From a virus (lineage: Duplodnaviria > Caudoviricetes), in IMG/VR virus record IMGVR_UViG_3300012920_000040, positions 1 to 61,804 of that record: a DNA stretch of 61,804 nt; one strand, given 5' to 3'. The number at the start of each line of letters is the position of its first letter. Position 1 is the first letter of the stretch. A program made the translations under genes and the position numbers. Positions 48,101 to 57,178 of the stretch are shown piece after piece. The notes beneath the pieces were generated by a model. It worked only from the letters and a program-made list of their open reading frames with translations. It had not been told where the DNA came from and searched no databases.

Positions 48101-51100
48101 TTGTAAGTGCCACATCATTCTATGGTGATGGTTCTAACCTGACTGGTGTTGTTGGTCTGGTATCTGTTACCAACATTCTGTTTGTCACACCTGATGGTGA
48201 TGATAATAATGATGGTTATCTGGTATCAACTGCTAAGAGAACTGTTGGTTCTGCTCTGACAGTAGCAGAGGCATCCACAGTAATTAAAATTTCTGCTGGT
48301 GCTTATCTTGAGAACAACCCCATCATTCTGCCTGAGCAGGTTACTCTCCTTGGAGATAGTTTGAGAGAAGTATCCATTGTTCCACAGAATCCTGATGAAG
48401 ACCTCATCTATGTTGCTAATGGCAGTTATGTTGAGAACATTTCCTTCACTGGGGCATTAAATGAAGGCAAAGCAATTATTGCCTTTAATCCCAACAAACC
48501 ATCTTATGTGACACAGGGACCATACATTAGAAACTGCACAAACTTCATCTCCAACAGTATTGGTATGAAGATTGATGGTGCTCATGTAGTTGGTGACACC
48601 AGAGCAATGAATGTTGACTCCTACACTCAACTAAATCAGGGTGGTATTGGTGTTTCAATCTCAAATGAAGGTTATGCTCAGTTAGTTTCTATCTTTACCA
48701 TCTATAATGACCAGAGTATTGTTTGTACTTCTGGTGGTCAATGTGACCTGACTAACTCCAACTCTTCCTTTGGTAGATTAGGTCTGGTTGCTGATGGTAT
48801 TGGACCCACTAACTTCATTGGAACTATCACTGAGTTCCAAGCTGCTGGTCAAAATACCTTCCCAATTGATATTAGCACTGAAACAATCTCTGTATCAGAT
48901 GCAGCATATGAAAAAACTTCTGGTCTGACAACCATCACTACTCATAAGAATCATGGATTCCAAGTAGGGATGAGCATCAACCTTGCTGGTCTTGGTTTCA
49001 CCTGTCCTCCTTATCCACATACATTTAGCAGTGGTGTTGCTAATGCTATCATCAACTCTGATGTAGCAGGATACATCACTCCTCAGACTGGATCAACAGG
49101 AACATCATATGACCCAGCAACTGGTCTTCTTGTTATTGATGCTAACACAAATCATGGTTTGAGTGCTGATACCACATTCACTGCTACAACTGGAACTGGA
49201 TATGAGCCTTCAACTGGTATTCTGACTGTTGTTACCACTCTTGCTCATGGAATGTCAACTGGTGATTATGTCAAAATTGTTGAGGATTCATTGAGATTCA
49301 CTTGTGCTAAGGATGGCAATACTACAAACCATGACTATCCTAGAGCAAATGACCCAATCAATAATAAGTGGAAGCAAGTTATTGTTACCAATGCTACCAC
49401 ATTCACCATTAATGTTGGTAAGTCTTCTGACACCTCTCTTCATACTTGGGTAAGTGCTGTTGCAGATGGTATCCTGAGAGCAAATAGTCTCATTAGTATT
49501 GTTGATGGTGGCATCACATTTACATGTGCTCAGGATGGTAATACAACAAACCATGCTTATCCTAGATTTACTGACCCTGCATCAGGTAAAATCTTTGGTG
49601 TTGAGGCTGTAACAGCACAGACAATTACTGTTAATATTGGCAAGTCACCTTCTGGTGGATTGCATAATTTTGTAAGTGCTGTTGCTGATGCTGTAGTTGT
49701 AAGAAACAATCAGGCATCATATACTGCTGTTAATGGAACAACTTATGATGGTCCTACTGGTCAACTTGTCTTGGATGTTAATACAGCACATGGATTGACT
49801 GCTGCAACTTCACTGACTGCTGACAATGGCACAACATATATTCCTTCAACTGGTCTTCTGACTGTTGTTACTTCTGGTGCTCATGGATTAGCAACTGGTG
49901 ACCTGGTTAAGTTTGACAAGCAATCACTAACATTCACCTGCACATCTGATGGTAACACTGCTCAAATTGCTTATCCCAGAGCAACTGACCCAGTATTCAA
50001 TAAGTGGAAGCAAGTCACTGTAGTCAATGCCACTCAGTTCACTGTATTCATTGGTAAAACAGTAACAGGTGATTATGAACACACATTTGTTTCTGGTGCT
50101 GCTGGTGGTATTAAGAGAGCAAATAGCATGATTACTCTTACAGACAATTCTGTAAGTTTCACCTGCACCAAAGATGGTAACACTGTTGTTAAGTCATATC
50201 CTGCTTACACTGACCCTGCATCTTGCAGAATCTTAGGTGTAGAAGCAGTAACTGCTGATACTATCACAGTCAATGTTGGTCCTGCCAACTTGGCAACCTT
50301 CCCAGATAACTTTGGCAATATCTTTACTGTCAGTAAGATAAACAGTCTTACACAGTTTGAGACATTTGTTGGGTTCTCAACTATTACTCATGGTTATGAC
50401 AGTGGTGGTAATACCAACAACTTTGTCACCAGACCTTATGATGGTCAGGTTGTCTACTTTGACAGCATCTTTAACACTATCAGTGGTGTCACAATCACTA
50501 ATGGTGGCAGTGGATACACACAACCACCACAAGTTACATTCTCTGACCCATCTGAATCTTGGGGCATCAAAGCAACAGGAAATGCTGAAATTACCAATGG
50601 TAGAGTGACTGGAGTAACAATGATTTCTAATGGTAGAGGTTACACTGGAACACCTACTGTAACCATTGCTGGTGCTGCTACAGGCACACCTGATATCTTA
50701 CCTACATACTATGTGGTTAGTAGTGCTACTCCTATTTCCCAGGGTATATCTACTGTCACATTTACTGATAATGTGCCTTATGCACTTGGTGTTGGAAATA
50801 CAGTTCCATTCTTTAAGCAGAGTAGAGTATTAGCATCCAGCCAAGCATTTGAATACATTGGTTCTGGTAATACATTCCCTGATGCTCTCCCTGCTCGTGG
50901 TGGTGTTGCTATCCCAGAAAATGAAATTGTGAATAAGAATGGAGGTCTGGTCATCTTTACTTCAACTGACCAGGCAGGTAACTTCAAAATTGGTGAAGGT
51001 GTCATCATCAACCAACTTGAAGGTTCAATTACTGGTGATGCTTACAATAGAAGTCTCTTTGCCAACATTACACCTTACATTCTCGCATTAGGAGGAGATT

Positions 51101-51105
51101 CATAA
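45190..51105 (+). CDS. Giant repetitive fibre/structural protein (1971 aa)
   Basis: Thr/Gly/Val-rich beta repeats, GDSLR beta-helix-like region, TSTDQAGNFKIG C-terminus. Confidence 0.85.
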   Translation: MSLLRADRVANRFNNTGPIIVGPSTVHGDFTITGDLIVAGIAVTNSIQIGAALTVKDLIVQQQTNLNNLNVTGVTTAGIITGATFFGEGSNISGIVTTITSSRGIQITPGSGKGTVNIFAVDVVEAGFANVAAGATNLTGGDQGRIPYQINPGETGFSATGNVGEILLSGGTGSPTWSSLAAINVAYADSAGISTDIFGGSAGRIVYQAGIDQTDFVPVGATGRILQANGSSSPSWLDARVGLSVSFAKFAGVSTNVTGGIASVTHLSVGENGSGIATFFGPIQGVDINLTGVTTTTTLQVSSAATIPSLTLSTGPGVGVTAILDEDDLASDRADALATQQSIKKYVDDQVTAQDLDGTTDDGIFAVDLDSQTLDLRGDANQVYVTASGQQVNIGFTTDVTIANDLTVTGNAGIGSLSVTGISTIQTLGINGVLTTPFANITGVATVTRLNSTQNEFTDINLTGIATARMLDVTGVTSTANLRVTGLTTVTRFESTGIATFKNDIYLTSGNTFYNANLSNPNFVGVATAQRFEFDVADGPYANVTGIATIANIQSTTVNVSGVSTFSDNVGIASLNVSGISTLQTLGVTGVTTTQMLQVTGITSINNLSVTGVATFTGELDISGNIGINSAVLTGLTTISELDVSGDASITGNAGIGSLNVTGITTLSSVTVTGNAGIGSLNVTGISTFNEDIQGTDLTLSGNAGIGSLNVTGITTLSNVTVTGNAGIGSLNVTGISTFSNTTTTGNAGIGSLNVTGVSTFTGLVEVQNNLTVGGNLGISSLNVTGISTFSDITVTGNAGIGSLNVTGVSTLGVTTATSLSLNELIVAGLTTTATLNVGDLAGIGATIDGNGDAVFAGIITAAGLNITGSSGSASFSDITVSGNAGIGSLNVTGISTFTNTVTTGNAGIGSLNVTGISTFSNITVTGNAGIGSLNVTGITTLGITTISDSLYVSGIASVGTMITMYPSSGIVSATSFYGDGSNLTGVVGLVSVTNILFVTPDGDDNNDGYLVSTAKRTVGSALTVAEASTVIKISAGAYLENNPIILPEQVTLLGDSLREVSIVPQNPDEDLIYVANGSYVENISFTGALNEGKAIIAFNPNKPSYVTQGPYIRNCTNFISNSIGMKIDGAHVVGDTRAMNVDSYTQLNQGGIGVSISNEGYAQLVSIFTIYNDQSIVCTSGGQCDLTNSNSSFGRLGLVADGIGPTNFIGTITEFQAAGQNTFPIDISTETISVSDAAYEKTSGLTTITTHKNHGFQVGMSINLAGLGFTCPPYPHTFSSGVANAIINSDVAGYITPQTGSTGTSYDPATGLLVIDANTNHGLSADTTFTATTGTGYEPSTGILTVVTTLAHGMSTGDYVKIVEDSLRFTCAKDGNTTNHDYPRANDPINNKWKQVIVTNATTFTINVGKSSDTSLHTWVSAVADGILRANSLISIVDGGITFTCAQDGNTTNHAYPRFTDPASGKIFGVEAVTAQTITVNIGKSPSGGLHNFVSAVADAVVVRNNQASYTAVNGTTYDGPTGQLVLDVNTAHGLTAATSLTADNGTTYIPSTGLLTVVTSGAHGLATGDLVKFDKQSLTFTCTSDGNTAQIAYPRATDPVFNKWKQVTVVNATQFTVFIGKTVTGDYEHTFVSGAAGGIKRANSMITLTDNSVSFTCTKDGNTVVKSYPAYTDPASCRILGVEAVTADTITVNVGPANLATFPDNFGNIFTVSKINSLTQFETFVGFSTITHGYDSGGNTNNFVTRPYDGQVVYFDSIFNTISGVTITNGGSGYTQPPQVTFSDPSESWGIKATGNAEITNGRVTGVTMISNGRGYTGTPTVTIAGAATGTPDILPTYYVVSSATPISQGISTVTFTDNVPYALGVGNTVPFFKQSRVLASSQAFEYIGSGNTFPDALPARGGVAIPENEIVNKNGGLVIFTSTDQAGNFKIGEGVIINQLEGSITGDAYNRSLFANITPYILALGGDS
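47130..48020 (+). repeat. ~22-aa tandem repeat TGNAGIGSLNVTGISTF
   Basis: About ten copies visible in protein and DNA. Confidence 0.9.
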
Positions 51106-51106
51106 A

Positions 51107-51457
51107 ATGGCACTAGCCCTTAACAATTATCAGACAATCACTGGTATTGTCACAGCAAACACTGAAAATGTTGGTATTTACACAGCACCAACTGGTTATA
51201 GTGCTATTGTCCTTTTAGCACAAGCAACCAATACTGGTAGTGACACTCAAACTGTTAATTTTTCACATGTAAGATCAAGAACAGGTACTGCTGTCACCAC
51301 TGAAATTTTATTGGGATTCCCAGTTCCTAAAAATGATGCTGCTAATCTCTTAGCAGGTAAACTGGTTTTAGAGACTGGTGATTCACTTGTTATAAAATCC
51401 AGTAGCAATACTGATGTGAAATTTATCTCATCTATCCTAGAGACACTTAATCAGTAA
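51107..51457 (+). CDS. Small structural protein
   Basis: YTAPTG..IVL...GKLVLETGDSL..SILE; AGGAGG SD. Confidence 0.8.
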   Translation: MALALNNYQTITGIVTANTENVGIYTAPTGYSAIVLLAQATNTGSDTQTVNFSHVRSRTGTAVTTEILLGFPVPKNDAANLLAGKLVLETGDSLVIKSSSNTDVKFISSILETLNQ

Positions 51458-51465
51458 TAGAAAAA

Positions 51466-53466
51466 ATGACAAGGTACGCCAGCAAAGACTTTAAGGACCT
51501 TAAAGTAGGTATAGATAATTTTAGTGATGGCAAAACATCACTAGAAGTGGTTGGTCGTCTTGGGGTCAACACTGACTTTGCTCAACAAGAATTTCATGTT
51601 GAGGGTTCAGCATATTTTTCAAATAGCATTGGTATTGGAACAACAGCACCAGGTGATGTTGTAGATGTTGCTAATAGAGAAAAAATTAGTGTTGGTATTG
51701 TTACTGCTAATGAATATTATGGTTCTGGTCTAGGACTGACTGGAATTACTAGTGCAGGGTCTGCAGTTAATATATTTGGTGGAGGAGCAGGACAACTTTT
51801 ATATCAAGAAGCAACTGGTATAACAACATTCTTTGAGAATGGTTCAACAGGACAAGGTTTATATTCTAGAGGACCAGGACAACCTCCACAATGGTTGCCA
51901 GTGGCACCTGCTGGTGCTATTGAGGGTATTACTTTATTTGATGAAGGATCACTTGTAGCAACAGCAGGTAGTTTTGGTGCTCTTAACATTGTAGGTAATA
52001 ATCTAAGTGTAATTGGTGTTGTAACATCTGGAGAAGTAGGTGTTGCCACAATTACTTTAGATAGTAATGTTATATTTAATACTCTTACTATCAATGGGGT
52101 AGCAACTGCTAGCACAATTACTGGTGCTGATTACTTTGGTACTGGTGATAACATCACTGGAATTGTCACCAGTTTTGCTATTAGTGGTGCAGGATTAACA
52201 TTTGCTTCAACCCAAGTATTAGGTTCACAAGGTAAGGGTGTAGTCACACTGACTGCAATTGCAACCACAGAGAATGTAAGGTCAGATACTTTATTTGTCT
52301 CTGGCATCAGCACTCTCAACAATGCCAATATCACTGGCACTGTTCAGAATGGCACATTCAATAATACAAATCTGACTGGTGTTACATCAATTGCCAATCT
52401 AGATGCAAATGATATTGATGTTGAATTTTTAAGAGTTGGCACTGCCTCAACATTTGGTAATGTAAACATCACTGGCACTGTTCAGAATGGCACATTTAAT
52501 AATACAAATCTGACTGGTGTTACCACAATTGCCTCTCTTGATGCAACACATGTTGATGCTGAAACAATATTTGTAAGTGTTGGTGGTACAATTCAAGGTG
52601 ACTTAACAGTTACTGGAACACTTACATATGATGATGTAACAGAAATTGACTCCATTGGCATTATTACTGCTAGGGATGGCATTAATATTGGCGATCCTGC
52701 ATCACCAATTGGAATTGCTGCTACTCTTACAGCAGCAGGTGGTGCAGTATTTACAGGTATTGTTACTGCTCCAAGTTATGATGGTAGTGGTATTAACTTA
52801 ACAGGTATTGTTACCTCTATTACAGCAGGTGAAAATATTTCAATTGACCAGTCTACAGGCAATGTAACTGTCACTGGATTAGCAAAAACTGATAATATTA
52901 CTGCTGACCAACTGGTTGTCATTGGTGTTTCTACACTGAGTGGTGGTGTTAATGTTGGCGGCACTGACCCCAATGTTGCAATTGGTGTTACTATTGAGAA
53001 TACTGGTAATGCACAATTTGCTGGTATTATTACAGCAACCAATTTCTATGGTGAAGGTTCTAATATCAGTGGCATTGTTACATCACTTGTTGCTGGTGAA
53101 AATATTTCAATCTCAGGTGCAACAGGTCAAGTAACAATTACTGGACTTGCTAAAACTGATAACATCAATGCTGACCAACTAACAGTTATTGGTGTATCTA
53201 CCCTTGGTGGTGGTGTTAATATTGGTGGAACAACACCCAATGTTGCCATTGGTGCTACACTTGAGAATACTGGTGATGCTCAGTTTGCTGGTATTGTTAC
53301 ATCTAAGAATCTTGTAGTGACTGAAAATGTTGCTATTGGAACTGATGCCTTAAATCCAAGTTTTGCTCTTGAGGTTAAAGGTGATGTCAACATTGATGGT
53401 CAATTAAGCAGCAATAGCAACACTGTTCCATCATTGGCAATGGTTATTGCCCTTGGTGGTTTTTGA
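51466..53466 (+). CDS. Fibre-like structural protein with internal duplications
   Basis: NITGTVQNGTFNNTNLTGVT x2; GIVTS..AGENISI..AKTDNI.ADQL block x2; ends VIALGGF. Confidence 0.8.
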   Translation: MTRYASKDFKDLKVGIDNFSDGKTSLEVVGRLGVNTDFAQQEFHVEGSAYFSNSIGIGTTAPGDVVDVANREKISVGIVTANEYYGSGLGLTGITSAGSAVNIFGGGAGQLLYQEATGITTFFENGSTGQGLYSRGPGQPPQWLPVAPAGAIEGITLFDEGSLVATAGSFGALNIVGNNLSVIGVVTSGEVGVATITLDSNVIFNTLTINGVATASTITGADYFGTGDNITGIVTSFAISGAGLTFASTQVLGSQGKGVVTLTAIATTENVRSDTLFVSGISTLNNANITGTVQNGTFNNTNLTGVTSIANLDANDIDVEFLRVGTASTFGNVNITGTVQNGTFNNTNLTGVTTIASLDATHVDAETIFVSVGGTIQGDLTVTGTLTYDDVTEIDSIGIITARDGINIGDPASPIGIAATLTAAGGAVFTGIVTAPSYDGSGINLTGIVTSITAGENISIDQSTGNVTVTGLAKTDNITADQLVVIGVSTLSGGVNVGGTDPNVAIGVTIENTGNAQFAGIITATNFYGEGSNISGIVTSLVAGENISISGATGQVTITGLAKTDNINADQLTVIGVSTLGGGVNIGGTTPNVAIGATLENTGDAQFAGIVTSKNLVVTENVAIGTDALNPSFALEVKGDVNIDGQLSSNSNTVPSLAMVIALGGF

Positions 53467-53491
53467 TAAATAACTAAAAAGTATTGATACG

Positions 53492-54019
53492 ATGGCAGAG
53501 TCATTTACAAATTCATTAACAGCAGCAGCTGGTATAGTGACTAGCAGCACTTCTGGCAGTATTGGTGCTGGTGTTACAATCATTAGTGGTATCTCTACTG
53601 CTATGGTTCAGGTTGGAGATATGGTGAACACCCAACATTTTAGGGGTGGTGCAAAAGTTGCTTATATTGATGCTGGTCAAGTAAGATGTGATAAGACATC
53701 TACAAATACTGCTGCTGCCACTGGGCAGAGAGTAGAATTTCTTGGTCCCACAACTGCTTTTACAGCAACTCAAAAGTCTATTCTTGTTGGTGGCACATTT
53801 GCTAACCTAACAAACAATAGCATTAATCTTTTTGTTGAGATTGGTATTGGCAATACCTTTGCTAATATTGCTAATGACATCCCTGTTCCTACTGGGTCTT
53901 CATTTGTTATCAGTGATGCTGGTAAGACAATCTTGAGACAAAATGAGGAGATTAGAATTTATTGTGATGCAAATCAAGCTTTAGACGCTAGTCTCAGCAT
54001 TTTAGAGGGAGTATCTTGA
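53492..54019 (+). CDS. Small structural protein (related to 51107-51457)
   Basis: IPVPTGSS..GKTIL...SILE. Confidence 0.78.
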   Translation: MAESFTNSLTAAAGIVTSSTSGSIGAGVTIISGISTAMVQVGDMVNTQHFRGGAKVAYIDAGQVRCDKTSTNTAAATGQRVEFLGPTTAFTATQKSILVGGTFANLTNNSINLFVEIGIGNTFANIANDIPVPTGSSFVISDAGKTILRQNEEIRIYCDANQALDASLSILEGVS

Positions 54020-54020
54020 T

Positions 54021-54779
54021 ATGCTAGGTAACAATGGTTATATTGGACGTTCACCTAGTGATTCAACAGTAATCGTTGCTCGCCAGGTATATCAACCCTC
54101 TGCCCCACAAACAGTTTTTGCATTTGCTGCAAAGTATCAACCAGGATATTTTGAAGTATATCTTAATGGTACAAAATTAGTCACAGGTATTGACTATAAT
54201 GCAACTGATGGAAATAACTTTTCATTAGTTGTTCCTTGTATTGCTGGTGATGTCATTGAAACAATGGCATATAAAGCATTTAACATTGGTAATATTAGAG
54301 AGGCACTTGGCAACTTTACAGTTGGCGGTGATGTTGCAGTCACTGGCAGTCTAGATGTTGTTCAAGACCTTGAAGTTCAGGGTATTACAACCATCAGTGG
54401 TATATGCACCACTTTCATCTCTGCTGTAGGTATTGCATCAGAGGGTGTTCAGGTTGGTCAGGGCATCACCAACATCAACTTCATTGGTAGTGGTAACACT
54501 TTTGCTGTCAATGGTGGAACTGTAGATGTAAAGATTGAAGGTGGTGCTGGTGTTGGTACTGCTATCAAATATACAAGTGGTGTAAAGAGTCCATTCAGTT
54601 TCATTGATGCAACCACAAAGGTGACTGAAGATATTGTGCTTGATGCCAATAATGCTGGTGCTAATGACTCTTATATTGTAGTTCAGGAACCAACTATCAT
54701 TGTTGCCACTGGTGTAGGTATGACAGTTGGTTTGGGTAAGACCCTTGTCACTGATTTATATCAACTTGGTGACCTATAA
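54021..54779 (+). CDS. Fibre-associated structural protein
   Basis: GYIGR.P, QTVF..Y..G..VYLNG.KL..DY.ATDG module. Confidence 0.78.
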   Translation: MLGNNGYIGRSPSDSTVIVARQVYQPSAPQTVFAFAAKYQPGYFEVYLNGTKLVTGIDYNATDGNNFSLVVPCIAGDVIETMAYKAFNIGNIREALGNFTVGGDVAVTGSLDVVQDLEVQGITTISGICTTFISAVGIASEGVQVGQGITNINFIGSGNTFAVNGGTVDVKIEGGAGVGTAIKYTSGVKSPFSFIDATTKVTEDIVLDANNAGANDSYIVVQEPTIIVATGVGMTVGLGKTLVTDLYQLGDL

Positions 54780-54799
54780 ATACCTAAAAAGAAGTAGAA

Positions 54800-55501
54800 A
54801 TGTCTAAGATTAATGTAAGCACTATTACTAATAGGACTGGCACTTCTGGTCCAGTGCTTTCTGGTGTGACGACTGCTACTAATGGATTTCATGTTACTAG
54901 TGGTAATATTGGAGTAGGAACTGATAATCCAGGGGTCGAATTAGATGTAATAGGAACAGCAAGATTTACTGAACAATGTACAATTGTTGATGGTGATTTA
55001 GTTATTGGTACTAATGGTCACGGTATTGACTTCTCTGCTACTGATGATGCAAGTGGTTCTACATCTGAACTCCTTGATGATTATGAAGAAGGTACTTGGA
55101 CACCATCTTTAGGTAATACTGGATATACTTACACATATGACAGTCAAATTGGTACTTATAGAAAAATTGGTAATCAAGTAACACTTTGGTATAGAATAGC
55201 GGTAAGTGCTAGATCTGGAAGTGCTAGTGGTGGCACTCCTATTGTAGTGATACCATTTACTAGTGATAACTCGTTTAACCCTACTAATTTTTTAATCCCT
55301 ACACCTACACAATATTGTCAATGGAAAGATGATATTACCGCATCAGCTGGTACTAAAACACTTTTTTCACAAGGTTTTGGAAATAATGCCAACGGATATT
55401 TTTGGATAAATGATCCAAGTATAGACAGTGGTGCTTCTCCAGCCTCCAATATGGGATCTAGTTTTCAACTTTCTGGTGTGTTTACATATACATCGACTTA
55501 A
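54800..55501 (+). CDS. Short fibre/receptor-binding-like protein (DDYEEG family)
   Basis: GNIGVGTDNP, GIDFSA..LLDDYEEGTWTP, YRKIGNQV. Confidence 0.78.
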   Translation: MSKINVSTITNRTGTSGPVLSGVTTATNGFHVTSGNIGVGTDNPGVELDVIGTARFTEQCTIVDGDLVIGTNGHGIDFSATDDASGSTSELLDDYEEGTWTPSLGNTGYTYTYDSQIGTYRKIGNQVTLWYRIAVSARSGSASGGTPIVVIPFTSDNSFNPTNFLIPTPTQYCQWKDDITASAGTKTLFSQGFGNNANGYFWINDPSIDSGASPASNMGSSFQLSGVFTYTST

Positions 55502-55538
55502 TATATAACCATTAGATAAATAACTAAAAAGTATTGAG

Positions 55539-57155
55539 ATGTCTAAGATTCAAGTCAATGATATAGTCAATCATTATGACACTGGAGCTCCTCAGTTTCC
55601 AAAAGGAGTTGCTGTGAGTGGAGGTTCTACCATTGGTGTGGATGTAGGCACTGGTGCTAGTGTTTATTCACCATCTAATAATGTATTGACATTAGGAACT
55701 AATAATACAGAAAAACTTCGTATAGATTCTTCTGGTTTGATCGCAAATAATGGTAGAGTATCATCAAGTTATGGTTCTCCAAATCTCTTAATTTCTGGAA
55801 CAGACTCTACATTAACCTTGATGGGTGACGGTAGCACTAATAGTTCAAGTTTTACTGGAATTAAATTCCGTGTTGCTGGTGAGTCCACAGGAGATTATAC
55901 AAAGGCAGGTATTTTTTCTAGAAGAGAAGGTAGTTATAATGATCTTTCTATAATATTTGCTCTTAATACTGATGCTAATGCTAATTCAGTTGCAATATCT
56001 GATGAAAAACTTCGTATAACTTCCACTGGTGATGTTGGCATAGGAACTGATAACCCTTATAGTGCAGCAAATTATAAAAGTCTAACCTTTGATGATACGA
56101 ATGGTGGTCAAATTAGATTTAGAAATGCTGGGACTGATAAGGGTCTAATTTTTAATAATGCATCTGAGTTTCAAATATACTCATTTGCTAATACGCCTAT
56201 GGTTTTTAAATCAGCGGCAACTGAAAGTTTTCGTTTAGACACCAGTCAAAGATTTTTATCAGGATGGGGTGCTACAGCATTTGATGGTCCTAGTAATAGT
56301 CAGGATATTTCTGTAGTTGGTACATCATCTAATAATGGTATTCAAGTAGGTAGATATAATTCTGACTATGGAGCCTATGCTCTTACGATCTTTAGAAGTA
56401 GGGGAGCTAGTGTAGGTACAAACCTTCCTACATTATCTAATGATGAAGTAGGACATATTACTTGGTGGGGAGATGATGGAACGAATTGGAGAGATATAGC
56501 TGAAATTACTGGTTCTTGTGACGGTAACACAGATTCAACGAGTTCTCCTGGTAAAATTATCTTCAAGACCACTAAAGAAAATGAGATTGATTCTACTCAG
56601 GCCATGACAATCAAGGCCAATCATAATGTAGAGATTCATGATGGTAATATTGTATTTGAAACTAGTGGCAATGGTATTGACTTCTCTGCCACTGGTAATA
56701 GTACAGGAACAGTGACTTCTGAACTTCTTGATGATTATGAAGAAGGCACATTTACTCCTAATGTGACTTTTGGGGGCAATAGTGTTGGATTAACATACAG
56801 TTCTCTAAGAGGAGGTTCCTATACTAAAGTTGGTAGGTTGGTCACCTGTTATATTGCATTTGAAATTTCTAATAAAGGTTCTTCTTCTGGTAATTTAATG
56901 ATTACTGGGTTACCATTTACCTCCCTTGACCTCGTGCCAAATACTTCTATTGAAGGTGGTGGAAGTTCAGTTTATATGGCCGGTGTAACTGGTACTATTA
57001 TTGGAAATGTTATGGCGGCAGTAGTTAATACTCAATCTTATTTTGATGTTTACTATAGACCTTCTACAACTGCATCTTCTGTGAGCAGTTTTTCTAATGC
57101 TAATGCAACAAATGCATTGTCAATGAGATTTCAAATTTCATACCCCGCAGCCTAA
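55539..57155 (+). CDS. Fibre/receptor-binding-like protein (DDYEEG family)
   Basis: EKLRI.S.G repeats, GIDFSA..LLDDYEEGTFTP, YTKVGRLV. Confidence 0.8.
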   Translation: MSKIQVNDIVNHYDTGAPQFPKGVAVSGGSTIGVDVGTGASVYSPSNNVLTLGTNNTEKLRIDSSGLIANNGRVSSSYGSPNLLISGTDSTLTLMGDGSTNSSSFTGIKFRVAGESTGDYTKAGIFSRREGSYNDLSIIFALNTDANANSVAISDEKLRITSTGDVGIGTDNPYSAANYKSLTFDDTNGGQIRFRNAGTDKGLIFNNASEFQIYSFANTPMVFKSAATESFRLDTSQRFLSGWGATAFDGPSNSQDISVVGTSSNNGIQVGRYNSDYGAYALTIFRSRGASVGTNLPTLSNDEVGHITWWGDDGTNWRDIAEITGSCDGNTDSTSSPGKIIFKTTKENEIDSTQAMTIKANHNVEIHDGNIVFETSGNGIDFSATGNSTGTVTSELLDDYEEGTFTPNVTFGGNSVGLTYSSLRGGSYTKVGRLVTCYIAFEISNKGSSSGNLMITGLPFTSLDLVPNTSIEGGGSSVYMAGVTGTIIGNVMAAVVNTQSYFDVYYRPSTTASSVSSFSNANATNALSMRFQISYPAA

Positions 57156-57178
57156 TAAATAACTAAAAAGTAGATAAA

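Noticed and set aside
36094-54019. GATC avoidance in structural genes
   Set aside because: Asp before C often uses GAC, but GATC sites remain and are common elsewhere; cannot be established without counting
54990-57155. Diversity-generating retroelement template/variable repeat pair
   Set aside because: Both copies are in coding genes, differences are not adenine-specific, and no reverse transcriptase is visible
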